Below are positions 37,310 to 46,755 of a stretch of DNA of 64,000 nucleotides, piece after piece. The translations under genes and the position numbers were made by a program. This DNA is from Candidatus Undinarchaeota archaeon (GTDB lineage: Archaea > SpSt-1190 > JASMDC01): the NCBI GenBank assembly GCA_964519305.1, contig CAZFHY010000016.1:1-64000 (forward strand), in the 5' to 3' direction. The notes beneath the pieces are model-generated. The model saw nothing but the letters and a program-made list of their open reading frames with translations. It was not told the DNA's origin and ran no database searches. Numbering within the stretch: position 1 is the stretch's first letter; every line of letters starts with the position of its first letter.

Positions 37310-38089
37310 CTACCGGCGCCGTCGCCTAGATCGCGTGGGTTTATCCGCGGTACTCTCCGTTTTCTTGTCCGCTGTCTTCGCTACGAGGATGGGATTGCCC
37401 CTGGCATCGTCCTTGAGCTCGATGTACCCGCGGTTCGCGGCCTCCTTCACGAAGGCCTTGAACTGCTTGAACCCGTACTCACGCTCGTTGAACGATGGGT
37501 CCTTGCGCAGCAGGTGGTTCTTGATACCGAAGAGGCGGATGTCCTCTCCATCGGTCGTGGTCAGGACATCGACCAGGAACTTGAACCCGGCGTCCGCGTC
37601 CTGCTTGACCGTTCCCAGCATCGAGTCGTACGAGATGAACTCGTCCGAGTTCGAGATGAGGAGCGCGGAGGTGCGGTCCTTGACACCCACGGTTATGACG
37701 TACTTGCCGTTCTCGCGCAGGCGGGAGACCATCGGAGCGAAGTCCGAGTCGCCCGATAGGATGACGAATATGTCGATGAGCGGGTTCTGGTACACAATCT
37801 CCAACGCGTCCACAGCGATACGGATATCGGCGTTGTTCTTGTTGGAGCCGGGATGTGTGGGAAGATGGACCATCTCCACGGCGCTGGACGTCAGTGTGTC
37901 CTGGTACCAGCGTCCCCAGCGCTTCCAGTCGGCGTAAGCGCGCTTGACGATGAGACGTCCCCTGTCACGGATCGTGTCGATGACCTTGGTGACATCGAAC
38001 CGCTCTTTCTTGAACGTGGTTTCGACCCCGATGGCCATGTTATCATAATCGACGAGGAGAGCGATGTTTGAGACCTTTTGATCTGCCAT
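37310..38089 (-). CDS. NYN (LabA/DUF88) domain protein with OST-HTH/LOTUS domain
   Basis: LLVDYDN, RAYADW, KNNADIRIAVDA, SGDSDFAPM, DPSFNEREYGFKQF. Confidence 0.93.
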   Translation of the reverse strand: MADQKVSNIALLVDYDNMAIGVETTFKKERFDVTKVIDTIRDRGRLIVKRAYADWKRWGRWYQDTLTSSAVEMVHLPTHPGSNKNNADIRIAVDALEIVYQNPLIDIFVILSGDSDFAPMVSRLRENGKYVITVGVKDRTSALLISNSDEFISYDSMLGTVKQDADAGFKFLVDVLTTTDGEDIRLFGIKNHLLRKDPSFNEREYGFKQFKAFVKEAANRGYIELKDDARGNPILVAKTADKKTESTADKPTRSRRRRR

Positions 38090-38183
38090 ATAAATCGTCC
38101 AAAAGGGTTTTCTTTATAAGGGCACCCCTTGGTCCCCCGCGCGAGGAGAAAGGGTTATATCGTTTGTAGTACACATATATTCC

Positions 38184-38432
38184 ATGGACGGGGAGAAGAA
38201 CCTCGGCGAAGCCATCCGCTTCCTCACGACGCTTGACGACCGTGTCAAGAACCTCGATGCTCTCGACTATGGTCTCGTCAAGTGGAGCGCTTTCATCTCG
38301 GGAGCCCTGTGGGGTGCGCATCTCAGCGGCCTGGTCAAACGCCGACGATTCAAGCTATTCGGTATCGCTCTCGCTCTAAGTATCAGACCCACAGTGAAGA
38401 TGCTCCTTATACCGCCACCGCCCAGGGAATAG
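38184..38432 (+). CDS. small membrane protein
   Basis: GGTTATAT box about 25 nt upstream; two hydrophobic segments. Confidence 0.6.
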   Translation: MDGEKNLGEAIRFLTTLDDRVKNLDALDYGLVKWSAFISGALWGAHLSGLVKRRRFKLFGIALALSIRPTVKMLLIPPPPRE

Positions 38433-38445
38433 GGCCGCAGCAGCC

Positions 38446-39636
38446 TCAGTACGCCAACAGACGTGCGGTCCAGCTCACGGCCTGTGGACCGATGAGGTTG
38501 AGTATGAACACTACCAGAAGGAAACTGGAGAGCATCTTGGCCGCTGTCGTCCTGATGCCACCACCATATTCCTCGGCGATATCCACCAGGATCCGCCCGC
38601 CGTCCAACGGGAACACGGGCAGGAGGTTGATAAGCCCGATCGAGAGGTGGAGGATGAAGATGTACGTGAACAGACCGACGCTCTTCTCGATGGCCCAGCG
38701 TCCAGAATCTCCGAGCGTCCCGGACCATTCAGGCCGGACCTCGCGCTTGCCTCTCGGATCGACGATGACGCCGAGATAGCCATGCTCGGGATTGTCCGGA
38801 TGAGCCGTGGTCATGACGCTGAAGGCGCCGCGATCGCTCGAGAGCTGGACCGTCTCGTTCGGCTTGACCTCTGCGAGCGCACCTGTGAACGTGTCGAAGT
38901 TGGATACGTCCACACCGTTGACCGCCGTGATGACCGTACCGTTGGGTATCCCTGCGAGCGCGGCAGGGAGCCCCTCGGTCGTGTCGAGGACCTCGATACC
39001 AACGGACATGGTCAATGCCTGGAACGCGGGGACTAGGACGAAGTTGATGAGCAGTGCAGCGGTCACGGCCGTGACCACGTTGGCGAAGGAACCGGCAGCA
39101 TAGATGTCCATACGTGCTCGCAGGCTCTTGCGCATGATCTTCGTCTCGTCCAGCTCCACACCCGCGCCGGGGATGACGATGAGGAGGAATAGCCAGAGGG
39201 TCTTGGGCTTGACTCCATGGGCCGCGGCGAAGATACCATGGGAGAACTCGTGGATGACCATCACCGTGATGATGGCGATCAGACCCTCGAACAAGGGGAT
39301 GTAGAATGGTGCGCCTGGAACACGGATGCCCGGTACCACGATGCCTACCGTGGCGGCGGGATTAACGGTCGGGGCGTTGAAGATGGTCCATACACCGTGG
39401 ACGAGGGCGGCCGATGCCAGGACCATGATCAGGAGGGAGATCCGGACGGAAAAGTAGCCTACGATCTTCAGGAGTCTGGCATGCTTCGTCCCGAACGCGT
39501 CGATGGCAGCAACACCCTCATCGGTCCGCTTGAGGAACAGGAGGCCGTTGCGCTCGATCTTGTTCCGCCACACGACGAGCATGAGGAACAGCAGGGACCC
39601 ATAGAAGGCAATGGCCATCTGCGACTGCGGGTCCAC
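38446..39636 (-). CDS. site-2 protease (peptidase M50) with PDZ domain
   Basis: HEFSH, AAGSFAN, PDZ-like PAALAGIPNGTVITAVNG, NLLPVFPLDGG. Confidence 0.95.
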   Translation of the reverse strand: MDPQSQMAIAFYGSLLFLMLVVWRNKIERNGLLFLKRTDEGVAAIDAFGTKHARLLKIVGYFSVRISLLIMVLASAALVHGVWTIFNAPTVNPAATVGIVVPGIRVPGAPFYIPLFEGLIAIITVMVIHEFSHGIFAAAHGVKPKTLWLFLLIVIPGAGVELDETKIMRKSLRARMDIYAAGSFANVVTAVTAALLINFVLVPAFQALTMSVGIEVLDTTEGLPAALAGIPNGTVITAVNGVDVSNFDTFTGALAEVKPNETVQLSSDRGAFSVMTTAHPDNPEHGYLGVIVDPRGKREVRPEWSGTLGDSGRWAIEKSVGLFTYIFILHLSIGLINLLPVFPLDGGRILVDIAEEYGGGIRTTAAKMLSSFLLVVFILNLIGPQAVSWTARLLAY

Positions 39637-39690
39637 GGGCGGAGGACGAATCGGATGCTTTATAGGGTTTTGCCTTACGCGAGCGGCGTT

Positions 39691-40599
39691 CTAGAGCTCT
39701 ACGAAGCTGACCTCGATGCGTCGTACGCCCCCGCTCTCGTAAACATCGACGTCCAGGCAGTCCGAGTAGGAGTGCGGATGACCGAGCGAGCCGGGATTGA
39801 GGAAGCAGGTGAGGTCGTACTGGTCCTTATCGTACTCGATGACCACCTTGTTCGGATGGGCAGGGTCCAAGCCGTCCACCTGGTACACGCGGAGGGCATC
39901 GGGATCGGGAGGCCGGTCCTTTGAGCGGGCCTTGGCCACGAAATCGATGGCCTTGTCCGAACTGTAGCCCGCCTGGTGGGAGTGGCCCGAGATGACCAGA
40001 CCTATGTCCGAATGTGCGTCGTACACCTCGCGGATCGCAGCGGAACCGAGCTCCTGGCCCACGTGACCCCTGCTGAGATACCCGCGGACGGGCTGGTGGG
40101 TGACGAGGACGCAGTCCTTGTTGTCGTCCACGCCAGCGAGAAGCGCCTCCATCCCGTTGGAGATGTGATCGGGAGAATAGTAGTGCCCCATCTTGAAGGT
40201 CTCGAAGATGGGATCCGAGTGCTCCATCCCGCCCCAACCGACGACCGTGAACCCGTCACCGATTACATCGGTGCCCTGGTGGATGTCGCGTAGTCCGCCT
40301 GTCGTTCGTGACAGCGCTTCCTGGTATACGGAGGGATGGTCGTGGTTGCCGGGGATGGCGTACGCGCCAAGGCCGGCAAGGATGTCGAGCTGTCCGACGG
40401 CCTCCTCCACACGCTCCTCGTGGTCGGAGAGGTCGTCAGCGACGTACGCACGAAGGTAATCACCGGCAGCGATGACCGAGCGTCCTTCGGACCGTGCGTG
40501 GTCGGCCAGCATTGAGAGCTTCGAAGTGTTCCCATGCAGGTCCGAGCACACGGTAAGGTGCAGCCGGTGCTCCTCATCGAGAACCCCCTGTGTTCCCAC
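39691..40599 (-). CDS. calcineurin-like metallophosphoesterase
   Basis: SDLHGN, AGD, PGNHD, VTHQP, SGHSH, NPGSLG. Confidence 0.9.
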   Translation of the reverse strand: MGTQGVLDEEHRLHLTVCSDLHGNTSKLSMLADHARSEGRSVIAAGDYLRAYVADDLSDHEERVEEAVGQLDILAGLGAYAIPGNHDHPSVYQEALSRTTGGLRDIHQGTDVIGDGFTVVGWGGMEHSDPIFETFKMGHYYSPDHISNGMEALLAGVDDNKDCVLVTHQPVRGYLSRGHVGQELGSAAIREVYDAHSDIGLVISGHSHQAGYSSDKAIDFVAKARSKDRPPDPDALRVYQVDGLDPAHPNKVVIEYDKDQYDLTCFLNPGSLGHPHSYSDCLDVDVYESGGVRRIEVSFVEL

Positions 40600-40676
40600 G
40601 AGAAATGCAGCAGGTAAAGTTGGTTATAATGGTTTCGGTCCGGGCGCGGTCCGTCGTGCCACGGCTGCGAAGAGCC

Positions 40677-40709
40677 GGTCCCGCGGGGCCCGTCAGGACC
40701 CCGCGGACC
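40677..40709. terminator. GC-rich hairpin downstream of the 40724..41014 gene
   Basis: GGTC-CCGCGGGG ... CCCCGCGG-ACC inverted repeat. Confidence 0.4.
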
Positions 40710-40723
40710 AGACGAAAGCCTGT

Positions 40724-41014
40724 CTAATGGCTCTTGCGATAGAGGTCGTAGGCAGCTACGCCTACACCAGCGGCGACACCGGCGCCCCTGAAGGCGTACT
40801 CGACGTTCTCAGGAGCGGTGTCGAAGGCCTTGCCGAGGTACGTGTCAGCGTCGGTCATGCTGCAGAGGAAACCGCCGCCGATACCGCCCAGCATGCCACC
40901 GATGCCCACTTCGATGCAGGCGCTCATGACGTCCAGGTCGTCGGTCCGCTGGTAGCCGTCGGCCGCCGATGAGGCTCCGACCGCTGAGGTATCAAGGTCC
41001 ATGTCGTACATCAT
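40724..41014 (-). CDS. small glycine-zipper membrane protein
   Basis: AGGTGA Shine-Dalgarno-like sequence; GIGGMLGGIGGG and GAGVAAGVGVAA. Confidence 0.65.
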   Translation of the reverse strand: MMYDMDLDTSAVGASSAADGYQRTDDLDVMSACIEVGIGGMLGGIGGGFLCSMTDADTYLGKAFDTAPENVEYAFRGAGVAAGVGVAAYDLYRKSH

Positions 41015-41049
41015 CTTCACCTTTTCTAGACTCCCGGCGCCCGAGGTCC

Positions 41050-41167
41050 GGCTTTTAAGCGTTTCCTTGGGCACCCCTTCTTCGGCCCCCTCTGTCCCCG
41101 TTCACCCAATACCTACGTCATGGGTACCTCGAATTTCGTCCCCCTGTCACAGTAACACTTAAAAGCC
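41050..41167. promoter_or_regulatory. divergent promoter pair sharing an identical CTTAAAAGCC core
   Basis: GGCTTTTAAG at 41050-41059 is the exact reverse complement of CTTAAAAGCC at 41158-41167; each lies 25-35 nt before a start codon. Confidence 0.6.
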
Positions 41168-41191
41168 ACCTGTCCCGCTCGTATTGACTGG

Positions 41192-42679
41192 ATGGGTAAT
41201 ACTGCGGACTTCAACTACGGAGAGCGCCGCGCCGTCAACGAGATGGAGTCAATCCTCCGTTCCCAGTGGGCCAACGGTATGCTGCCCCATATCCGCTTCA
41301 CTCCTGGCCAGACCGGTTATGGGCCTGACGCAGAGGAATGGGGCGTGACCCGGCAGATCTCGGGCAATCCCGACGTGGACACCTCAGGCATCACCCAGCC
41401 ACCCATCATCGCCGCGGGCATCTGGGAGGTCTACCAGAACGCCGAGCACAAGGAGGCCATGCTGGACAAGATGGAGGAATGGTTCCCCAAGGTCCAGGAC
41501 TACCACGACTTCCTGCTGCGGGAGCGCGATCCCGAGGGCGAACACCTTATCTTCATCGCTCATCCGTGGGCATCGGGCACCGACAACGCGCCCGACTTCG
41601 ACGACACGTTCCCGCGCATCCTCAAGGCCGTGGAGACCGGGGACGTCGACCTGGACAAGTTCACGCGCCGTGACCAGGACAACGTGGACCCTGACGAGCG
41701 GCCGTCAAAGGAGGCCTACGACTGCTTCTTCTACCTCGTGGGCAAGATGGACCAGCTGGGCTTCGACCAGGAGCGCATCTACAATGAGTCTCCCTTCGCT
41801 GTCCAGGACGTGCTGATCAACACGGTGTTGGCCGAGTCGGTCCGCTCAATGGGTCACATCGCAAACGAGCTCGCATTGAAGTACGAGAACCTGGCGGACA
41901 ACGATCCCATCCACCGCCAGGAGCACGAGGCACAGGCCGTCTATTATCGGGAACAGGCGCAGGCGAGCGACGCAGAAGCGGACCGTATAGGCGAGGCCAT
42001 CCGGACGAAGCTGTGGGACGAGGACGCGGGCATGTTCTTCAGCTACGATATGAAGGCAGGCAAGCACCTGGACCACCCGACCATCCGGTCGCTCATGCCG
42101 CTCTACGGTGGCGTGGCTAGCCCCGAGCAGGCACAACGCCTCCTTGCGCACCTGACGGACCCGGACGAGTTCTGGCCGGTGGACGGCACACCCATCCCCT
42201 CCACCCCCATGAACGCGCCCCGGTTCGATAACGCGCGCTACTGGAAGGGTCCCAGCTGGCCGGTCACCAACTGGATCCTCGCAAAGGGTCTGGACCACTA
42301 CAGTCCTACGCTGGCCGATGAGGTCCGCGAGCGGACAGTGGGGATGATCGCTGAGGGGTACGCGGACACGGACGCTGTCAAAAGGCAGGCCGCAGGCGTC
42401 ATGGAGTACAACAGCTTCGGCGAGGAGTTCACCACACCAGCGCATAAGCAGTACTGCCATGGCTGGCTGTGGGACTCAGTGTTCGCCGCCATCGGTTGGT
42501 CGAACGTGGACGAGAAGGTCCCGGCCTATGATGGTTCCTCGGACGACGGTCCGTCCTTTGCCGAGTACTATGCGCCACAGAGCGAGGGGAAGCACGAGGC
42601 GGGCGATCCTCTGGGTGCCCGGTACATGACCTGGACCGGCGCTCTGTACCTTGATCTGGTGGACGATATCGGGGCCTAG
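41192..42679 (+). CDS. GH63/MGH1-like glycoside hydrolase (glucosyl/mannosylglycerate hydrolase family), permuted motif order
   Basis: QWANGMLPHIRF, TSGITQPP, HPWASGTDN, YWKGPSW..NW, FAEYY, TWTGAL; WLWDSVFAAIG lies near the C-terminus. Confidence 0.88.
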   Translation: MGNTADFNYGERRAVNEMESILRSQWANGMLPHIRFTPGQTGYGPDAEEWGVTRQISGNPDVDTSGITQPPIIAAGIWEVYQNAEHKEAMLDKMEEWFPKVQDYHDFLLRERDPEGEHLIFIAHPWASGTDNAPDFDDTFPRILKAVETGDVDLDKFTRRDQDNVDPDERPSKEAYDCFFYLVGKMDQLGFDQERIYNESPFAVQDVLINTVLAESVRSMGHIANELALKYENLADNDPIHRQEHEAQAVYYREQAQASDAEADRIGEAIRTKLWDEDAGMFFSYDMKAGKHLDHPTIRSLMPLYGGVASPEQAQRLLAHLTDPDEFWPVDGTPIPSTPMNAPRFDNARYWKGPSWPVTNWILAKGLDHYSPTLADEVRERTVGMIAEGYADTDAVKRQAAGVMEYNSFGEEFTTPAHKQYCHGWLWDSVFAAIGWSNVDEKVPAYDGSSDDGPSFAEYYAPQSEGKHEAGDPLGARYMTWTGALYLDLVDDIGA

Positions 42680-42747
42680 GTCCGTCGTTCGCCCCAAAAC
42701 CTAGATATTTAAACCGCCTTCCGGGCGCCAGCTCCTCCGGTGAGAGC

Positions 42748-43272
42748 ATGGACGATATCTACCTCACGCATGACCTTCGCGATTACATGGACTGCAACGA
42801 CCTCGACCGCATCGAGTCCGTGGAGGACCTTCATACCCACAACTATGCCTTCGTCCTGAAACGGGAGGACGACACCCACTACACCGTCATCGACATGCGC
42901 GACGTGGACCTCTACGACGAACTGGCCGTATCCACGGGCAACATCTACCGGGTCGAGCTCGACCAGGAGACCGAGGAGCATACCTTCTCCCACGACCGGG
43001 TGCGCATCACAAAGAAGGTGGAGCTCGAGCGTACCGAGGTCTCCCCCGGACGGTCCCGTGTCAAGACCTCCAGCTACTCCTACTCCATCAACGACAAGCA
43101 TCACATCGAGGTGATGAACGGCAACACCCTCAAGACACACGAGTACTGGGGTGTTGAGCGGGGGACGCCGCTCGTGCGGGCCTACACGCGCTACAAGCCT
43201 TTCATGCAGCGGTCCGAGGAGCTGAGCGAGATCGCCCACAAGCGCCGGATGCGTGTGTGGCGCGAGGACTGA
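42748..43272 (+). CDS. hypothetical protein
   Basis: Coding-like C-ending codon bias; ATTTAAA box upstream. Confidence 0.7.
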   Translation: MDDIYLTHDLRDYMDCNDLDRIESVEDLHTHNYAFVLKREDDTHYTVIDMRDVDLYDELAVSTGNIYRVELDQETEEHTFSHDRVRITKKVELERTEVSPGRSRVKTSSYSYSINDKHHIEVMNGNTLKTHEYWGVERGTPLVRAYTRYKPFMQRSEELSEIAHKRRMRVWRED

Positions 43273-43328
43273 GCGCTCTCTCAGGGCTCGGGGAAACGTT
43301 TATAACCCCTCATAGACTTCGCCGTCGC

Positions 43329-44684
43329 ATGCCTGGGACCGTGCTCCGCGAGACGCAAGGCTTCTGTCCCACGTGCATGAAGGACCTTCCCGTACAGATA
43401 ATCGAGGAGGACGGCAAGGTCTATCAGGTAAAAGAGTGTCCCGAGCATGGCGAGGCCAAGGGACTGCTCTCCCGTGATGCCACCTACTACAAGGAGCTAT
43501 CCGACTACTACTTCCCCATCCTCTTCCCTGAAGGCCGTGAGGGGCCCAAACGCATCCTCAACTACTACAACTACTACATGACCCTGCGCTGCAACCTCAA
43601 CTGTCCCATCTGTCTCACGGACGCCAACGCGCCCAAGCGGGAGCCCACCCTGGACGAGATCGAGAGGACCATCAAGGACTTCAAGAACTTCAAGATCGGT
43701 ATGTGGGGCGGCGAGCCGACGATGCGCGACGACCTGATGAACGTCATCAGGATCATCCGTCGCACGGGCAACATCCCGGCCCTATACACGAACGGAATCA
43801 AGCTCAAGGACCCCCACTACCTCGACGGTCTCCTGAAGGCCGGGCTCGAGGTGGTCCACATGCAGTTCGACGGGTACGACGACGAGGGAGCTCTCGTGCT
43901 CAGGGGCGCGCCGATGGCCGACAACAGGCGGAAGGCCATGGACGTCCTCGAGGAGGCGGGCGTGCCCACCGTGCTCGAGACGACCCACGTCCGCGACGTG
44001 AACCTCGACCAGGTGGGTGACATATTCGAGGAGGCGGTCAAGCGGCCGAACGTGCGCGCGGTGCTGTTCAAGTCCTATTCGTACCTGGGCAAGGCGGGCG
44101 TCGACGTGGACCTCAAGGTCGCGCCCGAGGACCTCATGGACGTGCTCATCGAGCGCTTCGACGGACGGTTCTCCAGACAGGAGATCCTTGATTTCCAACG
44201 CGCGCTCATCGCCTTCTACGACATCCTACGTATGCACAGGTGCCTGTTCAACCACTACTACCTGGTGCTGCGGGACACTGATGCCAAGGACGGGTACCGC
44301 ACGGTGGGAGAGCTCATCGACCTCGCGGCCATCCAGCCCGCGCTCGAGGCGTACAAGGACCGTCATGTCAAGGGCAGTTCGCTGGCCGCACCGCTCCTGG
44401 TATTGTCCATGCTCCCCCATCTGCTCCGACCGCGGGCATGGCCGTTGCTCCGTGACGCGATCTCGACCACGCTCCACCGGCTGGTGTACGGCGAGCGGTT
44501 CACGGGCGCTACCATGTCCACACGCTCCCTGATCCTGGCCTTCGGCTCGGTGTGCGATCCGTACACCTATGACGCCCAGGCCTCCAAGTTCTGCATCGGT
44601 GGGGAGATCACCGTGGACGACGGCACGTTCCCCACGCTGTGGGCCAGCAACTTCCACCGCGAGCGCGATCTGCGGACCGAATGA
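43329..44684 (+). CDS. radical SAM protein, Tes/GDGT-MAS (MJ0619)-like family, paralogue 2
   Basis: GFCPTC...KECPEHG, LRCNLNCPICLTDA, GGEPTMRDDL, HMQFDG, CDPYTYD..FC; TTTATAA about 25 nt before ATG 43329. Confidence 0.88.
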   Translation: MPGTVLRETQGFCPTCMKDLPVQIIEEDGKVYQVKECPEHGEAKGLLSRDATYYKELSDYYFPILFPEGREGPKRILNYYNYYMTLRCNLNCPICLTDANAPKREPTLDEIERTIKDFKNFKIGMWGGEPTMRDDLMNVIRIIRRTGNIPALYTNGIKLKDPHYLDGLLKAGLEVVHMQFDGYDDEGALVLRGAPMADNRRKAMDVLEEAGVPTVLETTHVRDVNLDQVGDIFEEAVKRPNVRAVLFKSYSYLGKAGVDVDLKVAPEDLMDVLIERFDGRFSRQEILDFQRALIAFYDILRMHRCLFNHYYLVLRDTDAKDGYRTVGELIDLAAIQPALEAYKDRHVKGSSLAAPLLVLSMLPHLLRPRAWPLLRDAISTTLHRLVYGERFTGATMSTRSLILAFGSVCDPYTYDAQASKFCIGGEITVDDGTFPTLWASNFHRERDLRTE

Positions 44685-44755
44685 CGGTACGAAAGTGGGC
44701 GCACCCCAAGTCTAGACTTAAAAGGTACTTCCCGGGCCGGGCGGGTCATCACGAG

Positions 44756-45295
44756 ATGATTATCATGTACGGACTAGAGGAAGATATCCAGGAGGCCGTC
44801 GCAGGCCTCGAGGAGAGCCAGCAGATGACCGTGGGCCTTGCCCTTGCCAATGTCATGATGGAGACCCAGGAGGCCATCCAGGGATACGTGGAGGGCGGCG
44901 AGTTCGAGGACAAGTACGGCAACATCCATGAGCCGGACATCGACACACGCATCGACGTCCTCATGGACACGGTAGCGTACGGTCTCACGGCCTTCCAGAG
45001 CGCCTACGATGGTCGCGACGAGCTGGCCCTGCTGGGAGACAAGCGTGATACGATCCGCGACCAGCTTTCCACCAGCATCGAGCTGACCTACAAGCTCGCT
45101 GCAGCCTCGGACCTGTTCGGGGACTACATCCAGGAGAAGCTGGGCGACCTGCCCGACGACACTCCCAAGGATGAGGTCATCGCCAGGGCCAAGTCGACCA
45201 TGGGCGACTTCGTGGACAGGCTCGGCGGCATGGACGAGATCAAGCAGCCGCTGGAGCAGTTGATGGAGCTCTACCTGCGGATGATCGATCAGTAA
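44756..45295 (+). CDS. acidic all-helical hypothetical protein
   Basis: CTTAAAAG box upstream; D/E-rich; strong codon bias. Confidence 0.7.
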   Translation: MIIMYGLEEDIQEAVAGLEESQQMTVGLALANVMMETQEAIQGYVEGGEFEDKYGNIHEPDIDTRIDVLMDTVAYGLTAFQSAYDGRDELALLGDKRDTIRDQLSTSIELTYKLAAASDLFGDYIQEKLGDLPDDTPKDEVIARAKSTMGDFVDRLGGMDEIKQPLEQLMELYLRMIDQ

Positions 45296-45302
45296 GACAA
45301 CT

Positions 45303-46754
45303 TCACGGCCCGCCGAGAAGCCACCGCTTCAGCTTCAGCTCGAGCGGTGCGTCCAGGAACATGTTGCGCACCCGTGCCCGGGCGACGGGCGAGTAGATGC
45401 GCGCCAGCGCCTGCAGCTGGGGCGAGTCCAGGTCGTGTCGGTACTTCCTGTCCAGGAATAGCGAGTAGAAGTACAGTGATTCGAGCCGTCTGCGCTTCTC
45501 CTCGTCGAGCCACGGGACGTTGAGCTTGCTCCACTCGAAATCGGCCCATTTCTCGAGTTCACCGGGCGGTTCGAACCCGGCCTCCACCGCCTCGTCGAAA
45601 AGGGCGGTACCGGGGTACGGTGTGAAGCAGTAGAGCGGGGCAACCTCGGCCTGCGGGTTCTCGTCGAGGAGGCGGAACACCAGGTCGATGGTTGCCTGGA
45701 CCTCCTTGTCGGTCTCCCCTGGGAATCCGAGGATGAAGTTGTATGTGGGGATGATCTCGGTGTCGGCCAGAAGCTCGTTGGCCTTGAGCACCTTGTCGAC
45801 GGTGATGGCCTTGCCGATCGCCTTGAGCACACGGTCAGAACCGGACTCCACCCCGATGTACATGCGTCTGCACCCGGCGTTCTGCATGAGACCGAGGTTA
45901 CCCTCGCCCATGGCGAGCACGGACGTCGCATGCGTGCCCGGGACCTCCCAGGTGACATCGTTACCGGCATCCACCAGCCCCCGTGCTATGGCACGGGCGC
46001 GTGACATGTCCACGAAGAAGTTGTCATCAGCGAGCCATAGGTTCTCGGCGCCAAAGCGTTCGCTCATCGAAGCGAACACGTCAAGGACCCTTTCAGCGCT
46101 CTGACCACGCCACTTGGACCCGTTGTAGCAGGGGTTCACGCAGAACCTGCACGTGTGAGGGCATCCACGTGATGTCTGGACCACAAGTGTGCGTCTACCG
46201 TCGTACGTCTGGACGTACTCCTCGATATCGATCAGGTGGTACGGGAGGTCGGGCTGGGAGTCGAGGTCCACGAACGGCGCGGGCTTGGTGCGCACCGTGC
46301 GCTCGCCCTTCCTGAACGCGATACCGTCGATCCCGCTCAGGTCACGCCCCTTGGCCAGAGCGTAGATGAGCCGGGGGAACGTCTCGTCCCCGTCCCCTAT
46401 GACCACCACGTCGGCGAGACCGCTGGCCAGCGTCTGGTCGGGTAGGAGGCTTGCATGCACGCCACCCCACACGATGGGCACATCACTAAGCTCGCGTACC
46501 ATACTTGCCGCTTTCACGGCCGACCTGAGCTGGCTCCCGGTGATGGACGTGATGCCCACGCACACGGGCTCGGTGGCAAGGATTGTCTCCAGTCGTCCGC
46601 GCCAGTTATCGTCCACCCGCATATCGATGATGCGTACCGAATGCGTCCCCACGAGCCGGCTCGCGGCGGTCAGGAGGGCGAGGGGGAGCATGGGGCGCTG
46701 GACGGTCTCGGAGTACCCGCCGGCCTTTGGCTGGACGAGGATTATGTCCGCCAT
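45303..46754 (-). CDS. B12-binding (class B) radical SAM protein, paralogue C
   Basis: IVWGGVHAS, TSRGCPHTCRFC, ADDNFF, IGVESGS, FPGET, PYPGT. Confidence 0.93.
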   Translation of the reverse strand: MADIILVQPKAGGYSETVQRPMLPLALLTAASRLVGTHSVRIIDMRVDDNWRGRLETILATEPVCVGITSITGSQLRSAVKAASMVRELSDVPIVWGGVHASLLPDQTLASGLADVVVIGDGDETFPRLIYALAKGRDLSGIDGIAFRKGERTVRTKPAPFVDLDSQPDLPYHLIDIEEYVQTYDGRRTLVVQTSRGCPHTCRFCVNPCYNGSKWRGQSAERVLDVFASMSERFGAENLWLADDNFFVDMSRARAIARGLVDAGNDVTWEVPGTHATSVLAMGEGNLGLMQNAGCRRMYIGVESGSDRVLKAIGKAITVDKVLKANELLADTEIIPTYNFILGFPGETDKEVQATIDLVFRLLDENPQAEVAPLYCFTPYPGTALFDEAVEAGFEPPGELEKWADFEWSKLNVPWLDEEKRRRLESLYFYSLFLDRKYRHDLDSPQLQALARIYSPVARARVRNMFLDAPLELKLKRWLLGGP

Positions 46755-46755
46755 C

